Part shown: one piece after another, positions 35,320-44,100 of the stretch | Numbering within the stretch: the first letter of the stretch is position 1 | Layout of the letters: each line of letters opens with the position of its first letter | Assembly (NCBI GenBank): GCA_016212565.1 | Contig: JACRFY010000088.1 | Span: forward strand, 1-49,809 | From: Magnetospirillum sp. | Lineage (GTDB): Bacteria > Pseudomonadota > Alphaproteobacteria > Rhodospirillales > Magnetospirillaceae | Length of the DNA: 49,809 nucleotides | Reading direction: 5' to 3' | The notes under the pieces: generated by a model | The model's database searches: none | Told to the model about the DNA's origin: nothing | The model's input: only the letters and a program-made list of their open reading frames with translations | Program-made: the position numbers and the translations under genes

Positions 35320-36080
35320 CCATCGCCGGAGCGATCGTCGCGAGATTCGTCGGCGGGCTGTTCGCGGTCCTGATGGCAGCCGGCGTCGCCATGGCCGGCG
35401 AGCAGACCTACGTCGTCGGCGTCGAGGACCTCGACTACAGCCCGGTCTATGCGGTCGAGAACGGCGTCTATGTCGGCGCCGGACGCGACATCCTCGACGC
35501 CTTCGCCGCCGATCAGGGCTTTCGCTTCATCTATCGCCCGCTGCCGGTCCGCCGCCTGTTCGCCGAGTTGATCCGCAACGGCATCGACTTCAAGTTCCCC
35601 GACAATCCCCACTGGCAGGTGGCGGCCAAGGCCGGGACGACCATCGCCTACAGCCGTCCGATGATCGCCTATATCGACGGCACCCTGGTCCCCAAGGCGG
35701 CCGCCGGCCGCGGCATCGAGAGAGTCGCCCAGCTCGGCACCGTGCGCGGCTTCACCCCCTTCGCCTGGGCTCAACGCCTGGCCGCCGGCCGCCCGCAACT
35801 GCGCGAAGGCGCGCGGCTCGACAACCTGCTGGCATCGCTGGAGGGCGGACGTCTCGATGCCATCTATGCCAACGTCGCCGTGGCCCTGAGCAAGCTCGAA
35901 CGCCAGGGGCGCGGCGGCGCGGTGGTCTTCGACCCGGCGCTGCCCCACGATATCGGTGCCTATATGCTGTCGACGCCCCGGCACCCGGAGATCATCGCCC
36001 GCTTCGACGCCTGGATGATCGCCAACGCCGAGCGGGTGCGGCAGATCAAGGCCTCCTGGCAGGCGGAGCGGCGCAACTAA
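35316..36080 (+). CDS. Periplasmic solute-binding protein, family 3 (amino-acid-ABC-type PBP fold), orphan
   Basis: 254 codons. The ATG at 35316 overlaps the giant-gene TGA (ATGA). Signal peptide: MTIAGAIVARFVGGLFAVLMAAGVAMA|GEQ. The body (..DLDYSPVYAVENGVYVGAGRDILDAF..FRFIYRPLPVRRLF..DFKFPDNP..) resembles SBP_bac_3. Only the last 254 codons of track ORF 33648..36080 are used. Confidence 0.82.
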   Translation: MTIAGAIVARFVGGLFAVLMAAGVAMAGEQTYVVGVEDLDYSPVYAVENGVYVGAGRDILDAFAADQGFRFIYRPLPVRRLFAELIRNGIDFKFPDNPHWQVAAKAGTTIAYSRPMIAYIDGTLVPKAAAGRGIERVAQLGTVRGFTPFAWAQRLAAGRPQLREGARLDNLLASLEGGRLDAIYANVAVALSKLERQGRGGAVVFDPALPHDIGAYMLSTPRHPEIIARFDAWMIANAERVRQIKASWQAERRN

Positions 36081-36111
36081 AGCGTGACGCCAAAAATGGG
36101 CATCACGCTTT
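36079..36111 (+). terminator. Candidate Rho-independent terminator after the SBP gene
   Basis: AAAGCGTGACGCC (36079..36091) pairs with GGCATCACGCTTT (36099..36111): a 13-bp stem with 1 mismatch and a 7-nt loop. A T-rich stretch ..agcattatggtttt follows. Confidence 0.5.
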
Positions 36112-36311
36112 AGCATTATGGTTTTGCCCCTCGCCGGGCGCGGCTCTCCGGCCGCTTGGCAGCTCGCTCAATGCTTGCAAAAGCACCGCGCTGCACATTT
36201 AAGGCGCGTCGTTCTAGGCTTCCCTCCCCCGGCGGAGGTACGCCCTCCGCCCACTGCCCCTCGTCCCCCCGCCAACCAATATCCGGAGGGTGGTCATACG
36301 AAGGGGCAGCC

Positions 36312-37484
36312 ATGGCGGACCAGTCGGGATACAATGCGACATCGATGCACCCGCTTCCGGCCTCCGACGAGGATCTGCTGGCGTCGCGGGCGCTGTTCAA
36401 GGGCATCCTCGACATCGCCGCCGACGCCGTGGTGTCCATCGACGAGCGCGAGAGCATCGTCCTGTTCAATCAGGGCGCCGAGCGCATCTTCGGCTATCAG
36501 GCCGCCGAATTGATCGGGCAGCCGCTGTCGGTTCTGCTGCCGCCCCATGTCGGCGACAGCCACCATCACCACATCGCCCATTTCCGCCGTTCGCCCAGCC
36601 ATGCCCGGCAGATGGGCGAGCGCGGTGCCATCTACGGGCGCCGCAAGGACGGCAGCGTCTTCCCCGCCGAGGCGTCGATTTCGCGCATCGAGATCGAGGG
36701 ACGGACCATCTTCACCGCCATCCTGCGCGATATCACCCCGCAGCGCGAAGCCGAAGCCTCGATCCAGCGCCTCAACGGCGATCTCCTCCACCGCGCCGCA
36801 CAGCTGGAGGTTGCCAATCGCGAGTTGGAGGCCTTCTCGTATTCGGTGTCCCACGACCTGCGCCAGCCGCTGCGCAGCATCGACGGCTTCTCCCAGGTGC
36901 TGCTGGAAGACTACGGCGACCGCCTCGACGGCGAGGCCAAGGACAGCCTCAACCGCATCCGTGCCGCCAGCCAACGCATGGCCCAGTTGATCGACGATAT
37001 CCTCAACCTGTCGCGACTGACCCGCGGCGAGATGCACCGCGACCGCGTCGACCTGTCCGCCTTGGCCCGCCAGGTGGCCGACGAATTCTCCCGTTCGGCG
37101 CCCGAGCGCGACGTCGCCTTCCACATTGCCCCCGACCTGATCGACGAAGGCGATCCGCATCTGGTGCGCTCGGTGCTGGCCAATCTGTTGGGAAACGCCT
37201 GGAAGTACACGTCGAAGCGTCCCAGCGCCAACATCGTCTTCGGCGCACGCAGCCAAGCGGATGGGCCGCGGATCTACTTCGTCCAGGATGACGGCGTCGG
37301 CTTCGACATGACCTATGCCGACAAGCTGTTCGGCGCCTTCCAGCGCCTCCACGGTGCCGACGAATACCCGGGAACCGGGGTGGGCCTGGCCACCGTCCAA
37401 CGCATCGTCCACAAGCACGGCGGCGAGGTGTGGGCGGAGGCGGCCATCGACAAGGGGGCGTCGTTCTTCTTCACCCTTCACTAG
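36312..37484 (+). CDS. PAS-domain sensor histidine kinase with no evident TM segment (PAS-HisKA-HATPase_c)
   Basis: Start chosen at the ATG of MADQSGYN.. (track ORF begins at 36156). PAS: ..ILDIAADAVVSIDERESIVLFNQGAERIFGY..GRRKDGSVFPAEASISRIE... H-box: FSYSVSHDLRQPLRSIDGFSQVL. N and G boxes: LLGNAWKYT, DDGVGFD, GTGVGLATV. No hydrophobic TM segment seen. Confidence 0.9.
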   Translation: MADQSGYNATSMHPLPASDEDLLASRALFKGILDIAADAVVSIDERESIVLFNQGAERIFGYQAAELIGQPLSVLLPPHVGDSHHHHIAHFRRSPSHARQMGERGAIYGRRKDGSVFPAEASISRIEIEGRTIFTAILRDITPQREAEASIQRLNGDLLHRAAQLEVANRELEAFSYSVSHDLRQPLRSIDGFSQVLLEDYGDRLDGEAKDSLNRIRAASQRMAQLIDDILNLSRLTRGEMHRDRVDLSALARQVADEFSRSAPERDVAFHIAPDLIDEGDPHLVRSVLANLLGNAWKYTSKRPSANIVFGARSQADGPRIYFVQDDGVGFDMTYADKLFGAFQRLHGADEYPGTGVGLATVQRIVHKHGGEVWAEAAIDKGASFFFTLH

Positions 37485-37495
37485 CGGATGGCACC

Positions 37496-37912
37496 ATGAC
37501 TCTGCTGCCGATCCTCCTCGTCGAGGACAATCCGGATGACGAGAAGCTGACCATCCGGGCCCTGCAAAAGCACAACATCCAGAACGACGTGGTGGTCGCC
37601 CGCGACGGCCCCGAGGCGCTGGACCATCTGTTCGGCCCCCAGGCCATCACCCCGGCGATCGTGTTGCTGGACCTCAAGCTGCCCAAGATCGACGGCATCG
37701 AAATCCTGCGCCGGATCCGCGCCGATCCGAAGACCAGGCTGACTCCGGTGGTGGTCCTGACCTCGTCGCGCGAGGAACAGGATCTGATCGCCAGCTACGA
37801 ACTGGGCGCCAACAGCTACATCCGCAAGCCGGTCGACTTCGTCCAGTTCACCGAGGCGGTGCGCCATCTTGGCCTCTACTGGCTGATCATCAACGAACCG
37901 CCGCCGCACTGA
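37496..37912 (+). CDS. Single-domain response regulator (CheY/Rcp1-like receiver)
   Basis: MTLLPILLVEDNPDDEKLTIRAL..VLLDLKLPKIDGIEILRRIR..PVVVLTSS..ANSYIRKP. 138 aa, located 12 nt after the kinase stop codon. Confidence 0.92.
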   Translation: MTLLPILLVEDNPDDEKLTIRALQKHNIQNDVVVARDGPEALDHLFGPQAITPAIVLLDLKLPKIDGIEILRRIRADPKTRLTPVVVLTSSREEQDLIASYELGANSYIRKPVDFVQFTEAVRHLGLYWLIINEPPPH

Positions 37913-39444
37913 TGACGACGGCTCTCAAGCTGCTGATCGTCGACGACTGCGTGGACGACTGCCTGTTGCTGGTGCGCCGGGTCCGCCAGGCCGGCTATCA
38001 GGTCCGCCATCTGTGCATCGATACCGCCGAGGCGATGGCCGAGGCGTTGCGCGACCAGAGCTGGGACGCCATCGTCAGCGACGTCAGCATGCCCAACTTC
38101 AGCGCCGCGGCGGCCCTGCGGCTGTATCAACTGTCGGGCGGCACCTGCCCGTTCCTGGTGGTGTCGGGGGTGATCGGCGAGGAGACCGCGGCGTCGCTGC
38201 TGAAGGCCGGCGCCCACGATTTCCTGCTCAAGGACAACCTCGCCCGTCTGGTGCCGGCGCTGGAGCGGGAAATGCGCGAGTCCGAAACCCGCCGCGCCCG
38301 CATCGCCGCCGAAGAGGCCCTGCGGCGCAGCGAGGAGCGCTATGCCCTGGCGGCCCGGGGGGCCAACGACGGGCTGTGGGATTGGGACGTCGTCGCCGGG
38401 CGGGTCTACTATTCGACACGCTGGCGCGAGATGATCGGCTGCAGCGACGACACCATCGAGCCTTCGCTGGGCGGATGGCTGAACCGGGTCCACCCCGACG
38501 ATCTGCCCGCGGTCGAGAACGCCCTCTCCCGAATCCTCTCCGGCAGCGACGAGCACCTGTCCGTCGAGCACCGCATCCGCCACTGCGGCGGCGGCTGGCG
38601 CTGGGCGCTGGTGCGCGGGCTGGCCGTCTATGGTCCCGGCGGACCGCTGCGGCTGGTCGGCTCGCTGACCGATACCACCGCCTATCGCGAGGCGGTCGAG
38701 GAGATGCGCCGGGCCCGCGACCTGGCCCAGCAGGCCCTCGCCGCCAAGACCCGCTTCCTCGCCGCCGCCAGCCACGATTTGCGCCAGCCGGTGCAGGCGC
38801 TGCTGTGCTTCAGCGGCGTGCTGCAATCGCTGCTGGGCGGCCATCCCGCCGCCGCCGCGGTCGCGGATCTCGACTCCACCCTCGGCGTGTTGAAATCGCT
38901 GCTCGACTCGCTGCTCGACGTCTCGCGGCTGGATGCCGGCCAGGTCACGGTGACGTTCAGCGACGTCGCCGTCGGCGAAATCCTCGACCAGGTCGGGCGC
39001 GAGCTGGCCGGCCGTGCCGCCGACAAGGGGCTGCGCTTCCGCGTCGTTCCCTGTCGCCACCATGTGCGCACCGATCCGGTCCTGCTCAGCCGCATGCTGC
39101 GCAATCTGCTGGAAAACGCGCTGAAATACACCGAAGCCGGCGGGGTGTTGATCGGCTGCCGCCACCACGGCGATTCCCTGACGATCGTCGTCGCCGATAC
39201 CGGGGCGGGCATCTCGCCCGAGCATCTCGGCGAAGTGTTCGAGGAGTTCTTCCAGGTCGGCAACTCCGAGCGCGACCGCCGCCAGGGCCTGGGATTGGGC
39301 CTGGCCATCGTGCGCCGGCTGTCGCACCTGCTCCGGCATCCGGTCACCGTCCGCTCGGTGGTGGGCCGGGGTTCGGCGTTCGCGGTGACGGTTCCGGTTG
39401 TCGAACCGGTCCCCGCCGTCGACGCCGGCGTGGGGCGTTCTTGA
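37912..39444 (+). CDS. Hybrid REC-PAS-HisKA-HATPase_c sensor histidine kinase
   Basis: The ATG shares 1 nt with the preceding TGA (TGATG). REC: LLIVDDCVDD..AIVSDVSMP..FLVVSG..AHDFLLK. PAS: ERYALAARGANDGLWDWD..YYSTRWREMIG. H-box: FLAAASHDLRQPVQAL. ATPase: LLENALKYT, DTGAGI, GLGLGLAIV. Confidence 0.9.
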   Translation: MTTALKLLIVDDCVDDCLLLVRRVRQAGYQVRHLCIDTAEAMAEALRDQSWDAIVSDVSMPNFSAAAALRLYQLSGGTCPFLVVSGVIGEETAASLLKAGAHDFLLKDNLARLVPALEREMRESETRRARIAAEEALRRSEERYALAARGANDGLWDWDVVAGRVYYSTRWREMIGCSDDTIEPSLGGWLNRVHPDDLPAVENALSRILSGSDEHLSVEHRIRHCGGGWRWALVRGLAVYGPGGPLRLVGSLTDTTAYREAVEEMRRARDLAQQALAAKTRFLAAASHDLRQPVQALLCFSGVLQSLLGGHPAAAAVADLDSTLGVLKSLLDSLLDVSRLDAGQVTVTFSDVAVGEILDQVGRELAGRAADKGLRFRVVPCRHHVRTDPVLLSRMLRNLLENALKYTEAGGVLIGCRHHGDSLTIVVADTGAGISPEHLGEVFEEFFQVGNSERDRRQGLGLGLAIVRRLSHLLRHPVTVRSVVGRGSAFAVTVPVVEPVPAVDAGVGRS

Positions 39445-39461
39445 CCGGGATCACGGAGGCG

Positions 39462-40256
39462 ATGCCCCGCCCCGCTATAATCCGCCCCTCCCTGGTGCGG
39501 ACATTGATGGCCGATTTGAACCGTTTCATTCCCGTTCAGCACGACGCCGCCGCACCCGGCGGCTCTGCCACGTGGGCAAAGGTGCCCGCCGAACTGGTCG
39601 CCTTGGTCGAAGCGGCCAACGACGTGCGCCGGATGAGCCGGTCGGCATGGCTGTTCCATGAAGGCGAGGCGGTCGACTGCCTGTTTGCGCTGATGACCGG
39701 AGCGATCACCATCCGCCGCTCCACCCCGTGCGGCGAGGATTTCGCGGTCTACCTGGCGACACCGGGCATGACCATCGGCTATCGCGGACTGATCATGGGC
39801 GGCCGGCATCCGGTTTCGGCGCGATGCAGCACCGACTGCGTGGTCTGCCGCCTTCCCCGCGCCGCCGCCGAGGCGGCGATGCAGGCCAATCGAGCCCTGG
39901 AAGGGATCTTCTTTCGTCACATGGCCCTGGAGTTGGGCTGCGCCGAGACGCGCATGCTGCACAACGCCACCCTGTGCGTCCGCGACCGCATGCTGATGTT
40001 CCTGGGCGAACTGACCCGCCACTTCGGCCGCACCGTCGGCGGCGGCGCCCTTCACATCGCCATTCCCATCAGCCGCATCGACATGGGATCCCTGACCGGC
40101 ATGACCTCCGAGACCGTCTCCCGGTGCATCCGCAATCTCCAGGCCGAGAACCTCGCCCACTTCACCCGCCGCCAGGTGGTGATTCCATCGCGGGAGCGGT
40201 TCCTGGCCGAACTGGCGCTTCTCCAGGGGCAGGACGGCCGTCTCCATGGCCATTGA
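39462..40256 (+). CDS. Crp/Fnr-family transcriptional regulator (cNMP-binding-like domain + HTH_Crp)
   Basis: GGAGG sits just upstream of the ATG at 39462 (alternative ATG at 39507). Sequence ..WLFHEGEAVDCLFALMTGAITIRR.. then HTH ISRIDMGSLTGMTSETVSRCIRNLQAENL. This is the tail of track ORF 38013..40256. Confidence 0.82.
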   Translation: MPRPAIIRPSLVRTLMADLNRFIPVQHDAAAPGGSATWAKVPAELVALVEAANDVRRMSRSAWLFHEGEAVDCLFALMTGAITIRRSTPCGEDFAVYLATPGMTIGYRGLIMGGRHPVSARCSTDCVVCRLPRAAAEAAMQANRALEGIFFRHMALELGCAETRMLHNATLCVRDRMLMFLGELTRHFGRTVGGGALHIAIPISRIDMGSLTGMTSETVSRCIRNLQAENLAHFTRRQVVIPSRERFLAELALLQGQDGRLHGH

Positions 40257-41007
40257 TTTCCCTGCCACGCCGACCGCTCCCGGGCCGGGACGCCCGATCA
40301 CCTGCCGAACCTGCGGCATCGTCACCACCGAGACCTGGGACGGCGTCCCGCCGCCGGTGCTGTCGGCCCTCAGCTCGCGCAAGACCATCCGTGCCTTCGC
40401 CAAGGGCAGCATCATCTTCCACGACGGCGATGCGGTCTCGGCCCTGTACCGCCTGTTGAGCGGGGTGGTCCTGCTGCGCAAAGGCAACCACGACGGCAAC
40501 AGCATCGTCACCCGGATGGTCGTTCCCACCGCCACCTTCGGCTTCGGCGCCTTCATTGCCCGCGAATGCCATTCGGTGACCGCCCAGTGCGCCACCGACG
40601 TGTCCCTGTGCTGCATTCCCGCCGATGTCGCCGAACTCGCCTTTGCCAACAACCGCTCGCTGGAGCGGGTCTTTGCCCAACATGTCGCCCACGAGTTGGA
40701 CTATGCCGAGGACGCCCTGCTCGCCCAGGCCGGCCTGTCGGTCCATCAACGGCTGCTGCTGCTGTTCGAACAGTTCGCCCTGCGCTTCGGCGCCGCCACG
40801 CCCGACGGCACCTGGCAGGCCGAGATTCCCCTGCTGCGCGGCGATATGGCGGCCTTGCTCGGCATCGCCCGGGAATCGTTTTCCCGCGGACTGGCACGCA
40901 TCGTCGGCGAGGGACTGTTGACCTTCGACGGCCGCACGATCCGCGTCCCCGCCATCGACCGCTTACGCCACAAGGCCGAGGACATTCGCTCCGGCCTGGC
41001 ACAATAG
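40246..41007 (+). CDS. Second Crp/Fnr-family transcriptional regulator
   Basis: Overlaps the previous gene by 11 nt. ..IRAFAKGSIIFHDGDAVSALYRLLSGVVLLRK.. then HTH LLRGDMAALLGIARESFSRGLARIVGEGLL. The N-terminus carries CRTCG. Confidence 0.82.
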   Translation: MAIDFPATPTAPGPGRPITCRTCGIVTTETWDGVPPPVLSALSSRKTIRAFAKGSIIFHDGDAVSALYRLLSGVVLLRKGNHDGNSIVTRMVVPTATFGFGAFIARECHSVTAQCATDVSLCCIPADVAELAFANNRSLERVFAQHVAHELDYAEDALLAQAGLSVHQRLLLLFEQFALRFGAATPDGTWQAEIPLLRGDMAALLGIARESFSRGLARIVGEGLLTFDGRTIRVPAIDRLRHKAEDIRSGLAQ

Positions 41008-41122
41008 CGGTGCCGCGGCAATTTCGCCTGCGCTGCTTGCCGCCGATCCACAACCCATCCTCAGGTTGCGCCCCTCGTTCCCTCATGGTATAGGTTTTCT
41101 TATACTTTGGGGTTAAGGGGCC

Positions 41123-44100
41123 ATGAAGGACGCCAGCACCGTCACCGTCGCGCCCGCGGAATCCGCCCCTCGGCGGCGCAAGCGGAAGGCTCCCGCCGCC
41201 AAGCGGCTGTTCGTGGTCGGCATCGGCGCGTCGGCCGGCGGTCTGGAGGCGCTGCGACCCTTCGTCGCCAATCTGCCCCACGCGGCCAACATGGGCTATG
41301 TCATCGTCCAGCACCTGTCGCCGCAGTATCGCAGCATGATGGTCCAGTTGCTGTCGCGCGAGACGGAACTGCCGGTGATCGAGATCTCCGAGGGCATGGC
41401 GATCGCCGCCAACACCATCTACCTGACGCCCCCAACAAGGACGTGCGCATCAAGGGCGGGATCCTGCATCTGTCCGAACCGTCGATGCCGCTCGGTCCCA
41501 AGCCATCCATCGACCGCTTCTTCACCAGCCTGGCCGAAGAGTGCGGCTTCAACGCCATCGGCGTCATCCTCTCGGGCACCGGCACCGACGGCTCGCACGG
41601 CATCCGCGCGCTCAAGGCCCACGAAGGCTTCACCGTCTCGCAGGAGCCCGACAGCGCCAAGTACGACGGCATGCCCAAGGCGGCCATCGACACCGGCTGC
41701 GTCGACCGCATCCTCAAGCCCGACGAGATGGGCCGCGAGTTGGAGGCCATCGCCCACTTTCCCCGTCCCACCATGCTCGACCAGGGCGACGGTACCGACA
41801 GCGACACCCTGCGCCGCCTGTTCACCCTGGTGCGCACCCACAACGGCATCGACTTCTCGCAGTACAAGACCAACACCATCAACCGCCGGCTGGAGCGCCG
41901 CCTGGCGGCCAACCGCATCGAGACCATCCAGGCCTATCTCGAATACGTCCGCGCCAATCCCGCCGAACTCGATCTCCTGTGCAAGGACATCCTGATCTCG
42001 GTGACCTCGTTCTTCCGCGATCCCAAGGCGTTCGAGGATGTGCGCCAGGCGCTGTCCGAGGTGATCGCCACCAAGCACCCCGGCGACGGCATCCGCCTGT
42101 GGGTGACCGGCTGTGCCACCGGCGAGGAGGCCTACTCCTTCGCCTTCATGCTCCACGACCTGCTCGGCGACCGTCTGCCCGAGTACAAGGTGCAGATCTT
42201 CGCCACCGATATCGATACCGAAGCGATGGTGTGCGCCCGGCGCGGCCTCTATCCCGAGACGGCGCTGGTCGGTCTGCCGCGCCCGTTCCTCGCCCGCTAT
42301 CTCGACCGCATCGGCCACTCCTTCCAGGTGCGCAAGGAGATCCGCGAGATGATGGTGTTCGCGCGCCAGGATCTTGCCAAGGACCCGCCGTTCCTCAAGA
42401 TCGACCTGATCAGCTGCCGCAACATTCTCATCTACTTCAATGCCGAGCTCCAGGATCGGGTGCTGCGGCTGTTCCACTACGCCCTCAATGCCGACGGCTA
42501 TCTGTTCCTCGGCAAATCGGAATCGGTGGGGCGCAACACCGACCTGTTCCGCTCGATCCGCATCAGCTCCAAAGTGTTCCAGCGCCGTCTGGCCGCCGGC
42601 CGCACCAACGGCGCCGCCCTGCTCGGCCTCGGCCGCCTGCTGCCCAGCGATGCCGCGCGCGATCAGCAGGCGCAGAAGCGCGCCCCGGCCATGGGCGATC
42701 TGGTCCGCGATGCCTTCATCGCCGCCTGCATGCCGCCCAGCGTCGCCGTCAACGACGATCTCGACATCCAGTATGTCCATGGCGACGTCAAGCAGTTCCT
42801 CAAAATCCCCGAGGGCGCGCCGACCCACAGTCTGGTCAAGGTCATCGACGACGTCTTCCGCGCCGATCTGCGCGCCCTGGCCTATCGCGCCAAGGGCCAC
42901 ACCGGCGCCTGCCTCGGTCCCCTGCGGTGCGTGCAGCGCGGGCCCGAGAGCGATCTCAACGTCCGCCTGGTGGTCCGCTCGTTGCCCATCCAGGCCCGCG
43001 AGCAGTTGATGCTGGTGTCGTGGGAGAAGGCCGAGCCGCGCGAACCGCTGCCCTATTCCCAGCCCAATGTGGACAGCGAGGCCCGCACCGCCGAACTGGA
43101 GCAGGAACTCACCGCCACCCGCGAACACCTGCAAACGGTGGTCGAGGAGCTGGAGACCTCGAACGAGGAACTGCAAGCGGTCAACGAAGAGCTTCAGGCT
43201 GCCAACGAGGAACTGCAATCCTCCAACGAAGAGCTGGAGACCTCGAACGAAGAGCTTCAGGCGACCAACGAGGAGCTGACCACCGTCAACCAGGAACTCC
43301 AGGTACGCAGTTCCGAGTTGGCCGAGGCCAATGCCGACCTGATCAATATCCAGGACAATATCGGCTTCCCGCTGGTGGTGGTCGACCACGAGTTGCGCCT
43401 GACCCGCTACTCGCCGCAGGCCGTGCGCCTGTTCGGAATGCTGCATAGCGACATCGGCCAGCCGATCACCGCCCTGCCCAACCACCTGCAGATCGCCTCG
43501 CTGCGCGAACGCCTGCGCAATGTCATCTTCTCCGCCGAGCCCTGCGAGGACGAGATCCATTACCACGAGCGCATCCTGCACATGCGCATCGTGCCGTGCC
43601 GCGACCAGATCGGGCGCGTCAATGGCGCGGCCTTGACCTTCGTCGACGAAACCGAGGTCCGCCGCGCCCGGCGCGAGCTGGAGGACATGGTGGCGATCCT
43701 GCGCGCCTCGGAAGAAGCGCTGCGCACCGCCAAGGAGGCCGCCGAGCACGCCAGCCGCGCCAAATCGGCCTTCCTGGCCCGCATGAGCCACGAGTTGCGC
43801 ACGCCGATGAACGCGGTCCTCGGCTTCACCGAACTGCTGGTCGACGAGCCCCACGGCAGCCTGCCGCGGCCCAAGCAGGTGGAGTACCTCCACGCCGTGC
43901 AGGAAAGCGGCATCCATCTGCTCAGTCTGATCGAGGACCTCCTGGACATCTCGCGCATCGAGGCGGGAGGGGTGAAGCTTCACGAGATCCCCGTCGACCT
44001 CGGCACCACCATCGGCTTCGCCATGGAGGTCCTGGGGCAACGTGCGGCGGCGGGAGGGGTGGCGCTGGCCGTCGCCCTGCCCGACCGGCTGCCGCGCATC

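Noticed and set aside
36156-36311. Upstream start (36156) for the first histidine kinase, as listed in the track
   Set aside because: The extra 52 residues (MAARSMLAKAPRCTFKARRSRLPSPGGGTPSAH..) look like translated intergenic DNA just downstream of the predicted terminator at 36079..36111. The ATG at 36312 (MADQSGYN..) is the more plausible start.
41429-41433. Programmed -1 ribosomal frameshifting at the C run in the CheB/CheR kinase
   Set aside because: The site (C CCC CAA) is not a canonical X XXY YYZ slippery heptamer, and I saw no obvious downstream pseudoknot or hairpin. Mutation or homopolymer sequencing error is more parsimonious.
43144-43302. Regular 21-nt periodicity and other short periodic repeats as possible CRISPR or VNTR arrays
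   Set aside because: The periodicity is in-frame heptad coding (EELQxxN coiled coil). There are no spacer-like unique segments and no cas genes.
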